This document shows positions 34,955-40,218 of a stretch of 40,218 bases of DNA, piece after piece. The notes under the pieces are model-generated. The model was not told the DNA's origin, searched no databases, and saw only the letters and a list, made by a program, of their open reading frames with translations. The position numbers and the translations under genes were made by a program. This stretch comes from Candidatus Moraniibacteriota bacterium (GTDB lineage Bacteria > Patescibacteriota > Minisyncoccia > Moranbacterales > GCA-2747515). Each line of letters opens with the position of its first letter. Position 1 is the stretch's first letter. The stretch spans positions 1 to 40,218 of the forward strand of contig JAGLWU010000010.1 of assembly GCA_023133275.1 (NCBI GenBank). The letters are read 5' to 3'.

Positions 34955-35446
34955 ATGGAAATTATTAAAGCTTTAGGAATAGATAATTATTGGGTGCTTA
35001 TTGCACAATTTGTTAATTTGGCAGTATTGCTTTTTGTTTTGTATAAATTTGCTTATGGTCCGATGATGAAAATGTTGGACGAGCGAAGTGCTAAAATTGC
35101 GGAAGGAATTAAGGATGCGGAAAAAGCTAATAAAAAGTTAGAGGAAACTGAATCGAGAGAAAAAGATGTTTTAAATAAAGCTAAAAAAGAGGCAAAAAAA
35201 ATTATCGCTGCAGCTGAAGAAATTGCTGAAAAAAATAAGGCAGAAATTTTAGAAAATTCTAAGATGGAGGCTGATGAAATTTTCAGAAAAGCGGAAGAAA
35301 AGATTGAAGAAGAAAAGAATAAATTGAGAGAAGAGTTAAAAAAAGAAACTATCGAGTTAGTGATGATGGCGACGGAAAAAGTTTTAAAAGAAAAAATTGA
35401 TAGTGATAAAGATAAAGAAATTATTGAAAAAGTGGTGAAAAATTAG
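34955..35446 (+). CDS. atpF: F0 ATP synthase subunit b
   Basis: N-terminal TM ending YKFAYGP..LDER, then long coiled coil; operon position. Confidence 0.93.
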   Translation: MEIIKALGIDNYWVLIAQFVNLAVLLFVLYKFAYGPMMKMLDERSAKIAEGIKDAEKANKKLEETESREKDVLNKAKKEAKKIIAAAEEIAEKNKAEILENSKMEADEIFRKAEEKIEEEKNKLREELKKETIELVMMATEKVLKEKIDSDKDKEIIEKVVKN

Positions 35447-35521
35447 CTTGCATGGAAGATTGATTTGTAAAATATTTTGTGAGTTATTTAATCAAATTTA
35501 GAATTACGAAAAAATTGAAAT

Positions 35522-35923
35522 ATGAAAATCAAATCTAAACAATATGCTCAAGCTTTGTTCGAGTTAACAAAAGAAAAAAATAAATCTGATGTTGATGCGT
35601 TGGTTTTGAAGTTTGTTGAGAATCTGAAAAGAAATAGTGAGTTTAAAAAAATTGATGAAATAATTAAAAGTTTTATTCAAATTTATAATAGGGAAAATAA
35701 TATTGTAGAAGCCGAAATTATGAGTGCGAAAGAATTGAATGTAGATCAATTGCAGAGTGTGAAGGATTTTATTGGCAAAAAATATGAATCTGAAGAAGTT
35801 ATTTTGAAAAATGAAGTCGATGAGAGTATTTTGGGAGGTGTTTCTGTCAAAGTTGGTGAAGAGGTTACTGATTTTAGTATTGGTGGACAGTTGAAGCAAT
35901 TGAAAAATTGTTTGGTGAAGTAG
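35522..35923 (+). CDS. atpH: F1 ATP synthase subunit delta (short form)
   Basis: YAQALF, DESILGG..VKVG..D.SI; operon position. Confidence 0.9.
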   Translation: MKIKSKQYAQALFELTKEKNKSDVDALVLKFVENLKRNSEFKKIDEIIKSFIQIYNRENNIVEAEIMSAKELNVDQLQSVKDFIGKKYESEEVILKNEVDESILGGVSVKVGEEVTDFSIGGQLKQLKNCLVK

Positions 35924-35992
35924 TTATTTGTAAGTTTATATTAAATTGCAAATAGAAATTGTAAATTAAAAAAGTTTTTTGAGAAATAAAAA

Positions 35993-36031
35993 AAGACCCT
36001 TTGAACATTGTTCTGGCAGTAAACGGGTCTT
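35993..36031 (-). terminator. Terminator of the antisense gene
   Basis: AAGACCC...GGGTCTT hairpin with an A-tract on its left (T-tract on the minus strand). Confidence 0.6.
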
Positions 36032-36045
36032 GTGCCAATTGGAAG

Positions 36046-36255
36046 TTAAAGATTAGGATCAATTACAGAAAATTTATCTATTGCTTCAACATCTATTCCC
36101 TTTCTTTGTAATTCATTAAAAAAGTTGTTCATGGAAAAAGTGTGTATTGCCTCAATCGTTACTTTTTCTCCAGAGAAAAGAATTATTTTCAGAGTCAATT
36201 GGTTTGTACCTAATTTTTTCTTTATTTCTTCCCAAATTTGTTTATCAGTTCTCAT
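36046..36255 (-). CDS. Small hypothetical protein (69 aa) inserted antisense between atpH and atpA
   Basis: Start moved to ATG 36255 (MRTDKQIWEEIK...) with AGGAGA Shine-Dalgarno; the ORF-track ATG at 36321 falls inside the promoter. Confidence 0.6.
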   Translation of the reverse strand: MRTDKQIWEEIKKKLGTNQLTLKIILFSGEKVTIEAIHTFSMNNFFNELQRKGIDVEAIDKFSVIDPNL

Positions 36256-36311
36256 TTGAAAAATTCTCCTTTTATATGTTGTTGATTCGTGGATTTTTCT
36301 ACGAATATATA

Positions 36312-36340
36312 AATTTAGCATAATGATAATAATAAGTCAA
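36312..36340 (-). promoter_or_regulatory. Promoter of the antisense gene
   Basis: Minus strand TTGACT, 17-bp spacer ending in TGC, TAAATT. Confidence 0.6.
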
Positions 36341-36415
36341 GAGGTAAAAAATTGAAGAAAATTTTAAAATAAATTAACATTTAAATTATCAAAACAATTA
36401 AATAAATTATAAATT

Positions 36416-37909
36416 ATGAAAAATTACATAGTCGATCAATTAAAAAAACAAATTGAGAATTTCGAAACTCAATCTCAAACCGAAAAAGTCGGAAAAGTTT
36501 TAGAAGTAGGGGACGGAGTAGTTCGAGTTGAAGGACTTTCAGATGTAATGAGTCAAGAAATGCTAGAATTTTCCGATGGAAGTTTAGGTGTGGCGTTAAA
36601 TTTAGAGGAAGATCAAGTTGGTGCAATTGTTTTAGGAGATTATAAAGGAATTAAAGAAAGTGATGAGGTAAAATCAACAGGAAAAATTCTTTCCGTACCA
36701 GTTTCTGAAAAAATGATTGGACGAGTGTTAAATCCGCTTGGACAAACAATCGATGGAAAAGAAGAAATTAAAACTGATGAATTTTATCCAATTGAAAAAA
36801 TTGCACCAGGGGTTATTTCTCGAAAATCAGTTCATGAGCCAGTGCAAACTGGAATTAAGGCAATTGATGCGATGATTCCTGTAGGAAGAGGACAACGAGA
36901 ATTAATTATCGGAGATCGACAAACTGGAAAAACAGCTGTGGCAATTGATGCAATCATCAATCAGAAAGGACAGGATATGGTTTGTATTTATGTAGCAATT
37001 GGTCAAAAGGAATCAAAAATTGCTAGAATTGTGGCGGAATTAGAAAAAAATGGAGCAATGGAGTATACAACTGTTATTGTAGCGGGAGCTTCGGATCCTT
37101 CATCTTTTTCATTTATTTCTCCATATTCAGGTTGTGCTCTAGGTGAATATTTTATGGATAAAGGATTGGATGTGATGATTGTTTATGATGATTTGTCAAA
37201 ACATGCGTGGGCTTATCGACAAATTTCTTTAATTTTACGTCGTCCACCGGGGCGAGAGGCTTACCCTGGAGATGTATTCTATTTACATTCTCGTCTTTTA
37301 GAAAGAAGTGCTAAATTGAACGAAGATTTTGGTGGAGGTTCAATGACAGCTTTTCCGATAATCGAAACACAAGCAGGAGATGTTTCTGCTTACATTCCAA
37401 CTAATGTTATTTCTATTACTGATGGGCAAATTTATTTAGAGGCAGATTTGTTTTACAAAGGCATTCGACCAGCGATCAATCCAGGGTTAAGTGTGTCCCG
37501 TGTAGGAGGCTCTGCTCAAACTAAAGCAATGAAAAAAGTAGCTGGAAAATTAAGATTAGATTTGGCACAGTTTAAAGAATTGGAAGCGTTTGCTCAATTT
37601 GGATCTGATTTAGATGAAAAAACTAGAGCACAAATTGAAAGAGGAAGGAGAACAGTTGAAATTCTAAAGCAAGATCAGTATTCGCCACTTTCAATGGAAA
37701 ATCAAGTTGCAATTATTTATGCTTTGATTAATGGATTTTTAGATGATATTGAAGTAAATAAAATTATTGAATGGGAAAAATCTTTTCACAAATTTATGCA
37801 CTCAAGCAAGCGAGAGGTTTTGGAAAATATTGCTGATGAGAAAGAATTAACGGATGAAATTGTTGAAAAATTAGAAAGTGCGATTAAAGATTTCAAGGAA
37901 ACGTTTTAA
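36416..37909 (+). CDS. atpA: F1 ATP synthase subunit alpha
   Basis: [51 protein letters not shown]. Confidence 0.98.
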   Translation: MKNYIVDQLKKQIENFETQSQTEKVGKVLEVGDGVVRVEGLSDVMSQEMLEFSDGSLGVALNLEEDQVGAIVLGDYKGIKESDEVKSTGKILSVPVSEKMIGRVLNPLGQTIDGKEEIKTDEFYPIEKIAPGVISRKSVHEPVQTGIKAIDAMIPVGRGQRELIIGDRQTGKTAVAIDAIINQKGQDMVCIYVAIGQKESKIARIVAELEKNGAMEYTTVIVAGASDPSSFSFISPYSGCALGEYFMDKGLDVMIVYDDLSKHAWAYRQISLILRRPPGREAYPGDVFYLHSRLLERSAKLNEDFGGGSMTAFPIIETQAGDVSAYIPTNVISITDGQIYLEADLFYKGIRPAINPGLSVSRVGGSAQTKAMKKVAGKLRLDLAQFKELEAFAQFGSDLDEKTRAQIERGRRTVEILKQDQYSPLSMENQVAIIYALINGFLDDIEVNKIIEWEKSFHKFMHSSKREVLENIADEKELTDEIVEKLESAIKDFKETF

Positions 37910-37929
37910 TTAATTTAATATTAGGTTCT

Positions 37930-38382
37930 ATGTTAAAGTTTGATATAAATTTTGATTTCAAAAAACGTTTTTTGTATAATCTTTTTAGTATTACTTGGAG
38001 TCGATGGTTTTTGGTTTGTATTTTTGTGATATTTTTTGCTTATATTTTAAATAGGGAGCTAGGAATGTTTTTGAATAGCTTATTTAAATATGTTATACCA
38101 TTTCTTTTTATTGTTTCTCCTTTATATTTGCACTTTTTATCAAAAAATAGAAATGTTAAGTATTTTTTTGATGAGAATAAATTTGGTATTGAATTCGAAA
38201 ATAAAAAGTTAGAAGGAAATAAACAAAGTATTGATAAAATGATTTTTAAACCCAATTATTTCTACTTGTATATAAGATATTCCAAAAATAAGAAAATAAT
38301 ATTCATTGGGACGAAAGATGAGATATTTAGTATGAAAGAGGGATTATCAAAAACTGATTATAAAAAATATTTTATAAATTAA
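37930..38382 (+). CDS. Hypothetical 2-TM membrane protein (YcxB/PH-like tail) between atpA and atpG
   Basis: Two hydrophobic helices followed by a beta-rich tail; very AT-rich. Confidence 0.6.
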   Translation: MLKFDINFDFKKRFLYNLFSITWSRWFLVCIFVIFFAYILNRELGMFLNSLFKYVIPFLFIVSPLYLHFLSKNRNVKYFFDENKFGIEFENKKLEGNKQSIDKMIFKPNYFYLYIRYSKNKKIIFIGTKDEIFSMKEGLSKTDYKKYFIN

Positions 38383-38435
38383 TTTTTTTATAAAAAACTC
38401 TTAAATCATAATTCTAAATTTAAAATTATTAAACT

Positions 38436-39392
38436 ATGTCAAATAGTAAAGAAATACAACGGCGAATAAAATCAATCAATAATACTGGAAAAATAACTCG
38501 AGCGATGGAGATGGTTTCAGCTGCAAAAATGCGACGAGCGACGGAAAGTGTTTTGAAAATTCGTCCTTATGCTAAAAGTGCTTGGAATATTTTGACTAAC
38601 TTAGCTCGTTCTTTTGATAAACACGAATCAAAGCTTTTAGAGGTGCGAGAGGTAGAAAAGGTTTTGGTTATTATCATTACTTCTAATCGAGGTTTGTGTG
38701 GATCTTTTAATTCTCAAATTATGAGAAGGATTAGAAATGAAATTGATAATCCAAAAAGTTTGAAAATAAATAGAATTGGAGCGAAAAAAATTGAGCCAAA
38801 AGATTCAAATAAAGAATTGAAAGTCGATTTTGTAACTATTGGAAGGAAAGGTGAAAATTTAGTTGCTAAATTAGGCAAAGAAATAATCGCTTCTTTTCCT
38901 GATTTGACTTATTTACCAGGAATTGAGGCAGTGCGACCGTTGTCGAATTTGGTTATCGAAGAATATGAAAAAGCTAATTATGATAAAGTGGTTATTGCGT
39001 ATACGGATTATATTTCAGTGGTAAAACAGGAGCCGAAAATTCGTCAAATTTTACCTATTTCAAAAATTGATTTGGAAAAGCAAATTATTGAGATGGATAA
39101 TTCAATTGAAGAGCGTGAATTAAAAGAGCCGAAATTTGAGTATAAAGTTGAGCCGAGTCCAAATGAGGTTTTGTCAAATATTTTTCCACGGTTGATTGAG
39201 ATGCAAATTTACCATTCTATTTTGGAGTCGAATGCGTCTAAGGAATCGGCTAGGATGATAGCGATGAGGAATGCGACGGATGCGGCGAAGGAGATGGGTG
39301 AAGATTTAACATTGGCGTATAATCAGATTAGGCAGATGAAGATTACACAAGAAATAGCTGAAATTTCGGCGGGGAGTACAGCTGTGGAATAA
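38436..39392 (+). CDS. atpG: F1 ATP synthase subunit gamma
   Basis: KITRAMEMVSAAK, SNRGLCGSFN, ARMIAMRNATD, RQMKITQEIAEI. Confidence 0.98.
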   Translation: MSNSKEIQRRIKSINNTGKITRAMEMVSAAKMRRATESVLKIRPYAKSAWNILTNLARSFDKHESKLLEVREVEKVLVIIITSNRGLCGSFNSQIMRRIRNEIDNPKSLKINRIGAKKIEPKDSNKELKVDFVTIGRKGENLVAKLGKEIIASFPDLTYLPGIEAVRPLSNLVIEEYEKANYDKVVIAYTDYISVVKQEPKIRQILPISKIDLEKQIIEMDNSIEERELKEPKFEYKVEPSPNEVLSNIFPRLIEMQIYHSILESNASKESARMIAMRNATDAAKEMGEDLTLAYNQIRQMKITQEIAEISAGSTAVE

Positions 39393-39428
39393 GTTTATGT
39401 TTTTTTGATTAAATTTATGTAAGAATAT

Positions 39429-40218
39429 ATGAATAAAAAAATTATCTTTGGTTTTATAGGGGTGATTCTTATTGGAATGATCTTTACAATGATTATTTAT
39501 TTTAAAAAAGAAAATGAATCTGTTGAAAATATTAAGGAGTTGGAGCTTTTAGAAAATTCTATTATTATCAATTTTACGGGTCATACAGATACAGTAGTAA
39601 AAGAAGATGTTGAAAATGGTGAAAATAAAAAAGAGGATTTAAATTTAGAAGTTATTTTAGGAGATGATTTTTTTGTTTATAAAAATTCTTCAATAATGAA
39701 GATATATAATTTTAAGACAAGAAAAATTGTTATTGCTAATTTAGAAAATAATACTTATGAAGAATTTTCATTGTATTCAGATTTAGGACTTAGATTATCT
39801 GAATTTAAAAATAGTTCTAGAATAAATGAATTATTAGATCACGGGGATTCTTCATCGGAACAAATTTTAGATAAAACATTATTGGAACATCAATTTTCTT
39901 TACAAGGAGAAAGTTTAGAAAATAATATAAATATATCATTTGAAAATGATAAAACTAGAATGAGTTATTCAGATAAAGATAAACTTTTATTTGAATATAC
40001 AAGGGATTTTTCTGATGACTTAGAAGAAAAATATAAAGTTTCTATAGATGAAATGAAAATGTTTACCAAATTTATAAGGTACTCATTTGGAGGACATCCT
40101 TACATTTTAGATAATATAGTGAGAGAAAAAAATAATGCTATTCCAGAAAATGTAAAGATTACTCAGTATAACTTTATGGATCAGAAAGATTATAATTTGT
40201 TTGTAAATTCAATTGAAA
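39429..40218 (+). CDS. Hypothetical membrane-anchored protein, truncated by the window end; occupies the position expected for atpD
   Basis: ATG 39429, MNKKIIFGFIGVILIGMIFTMIIYFKKE...; no stop seen in the part I translated; absent from the ORF track, consistent with running off the window. Confidence 0.7.
   Translation, partial: MNKKIIFGFIGVILIGMIFTMIIYFKKENESVENIKELELLENSIIINFTGHTDTVVKEDVENGENKKEDLNLEVILGDDFFVYKNSSIMKIYNFKTRKIVIANLENNTYEEFSLYSDLGLRLSEFKNSSRINELLDHGDSSSEQILDKTLLEHQFSLQGESLENNINISFENDKTRMSYSDKDKLLFEYTRDFSDDLEEKYKVSIDEMKMFTKFIRYSFGGHPYILDNIVREKNNAIPENVKITQYNFMDQKDYNLFVNSIE

Noticed and set aside
36256-36321. ORF-track start of the antisense gene at 36321
   Set aside because: It lies within the promoter spacer; the SD-supported ATG is at 36255.

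Overview
AT-rich bacterial chromosome segment in the standard genetic code (TGA used as stop), with nearly all genes on the + strand and most lacking Shine-Dalgarno sites. Gene content and style suggest a Patescibacteria/CPR (Parcubacteria-like) genome; this is inference. Housekeeping genes (recQ, pheT, gpmA, trmD, proS, a P-type ATPase, secA, dxs, def, atpZ/I-B-E-F-H-A-G) alternate almost one-for-one with accessory genes, many carrying their own promoter: lipoproteins, two C5-methyltransferases plus a restriction endonuclease, a Cys-rich surface protein, an ankyrin protein, an M23 peptidase pair, a HEPN-like protein and small antisense genes. Even the atp operon is interrupted three times. 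Main unexplained signals: (1) an identical GC-rich 20-bp motif, AAAGCCCGTGCGGCGAGCAC, four times in the same orientation, each just upstream of a promoter for an essential gene; (2) a mirror-image compositional skew at core/accessory junctions (core 3' ends G/T-rich and C-free, core 5' ends C/A-rich), compatible with recurrent ssDNA exposure at cassette-exchange junctions; (3) the N-terminal stump of a HinP1I-like endonuclease gene overwritten by a second R-M system. No rRNA, tRNA, CRISPR array, integrase, transposase or reverse transcriptase was recognised.
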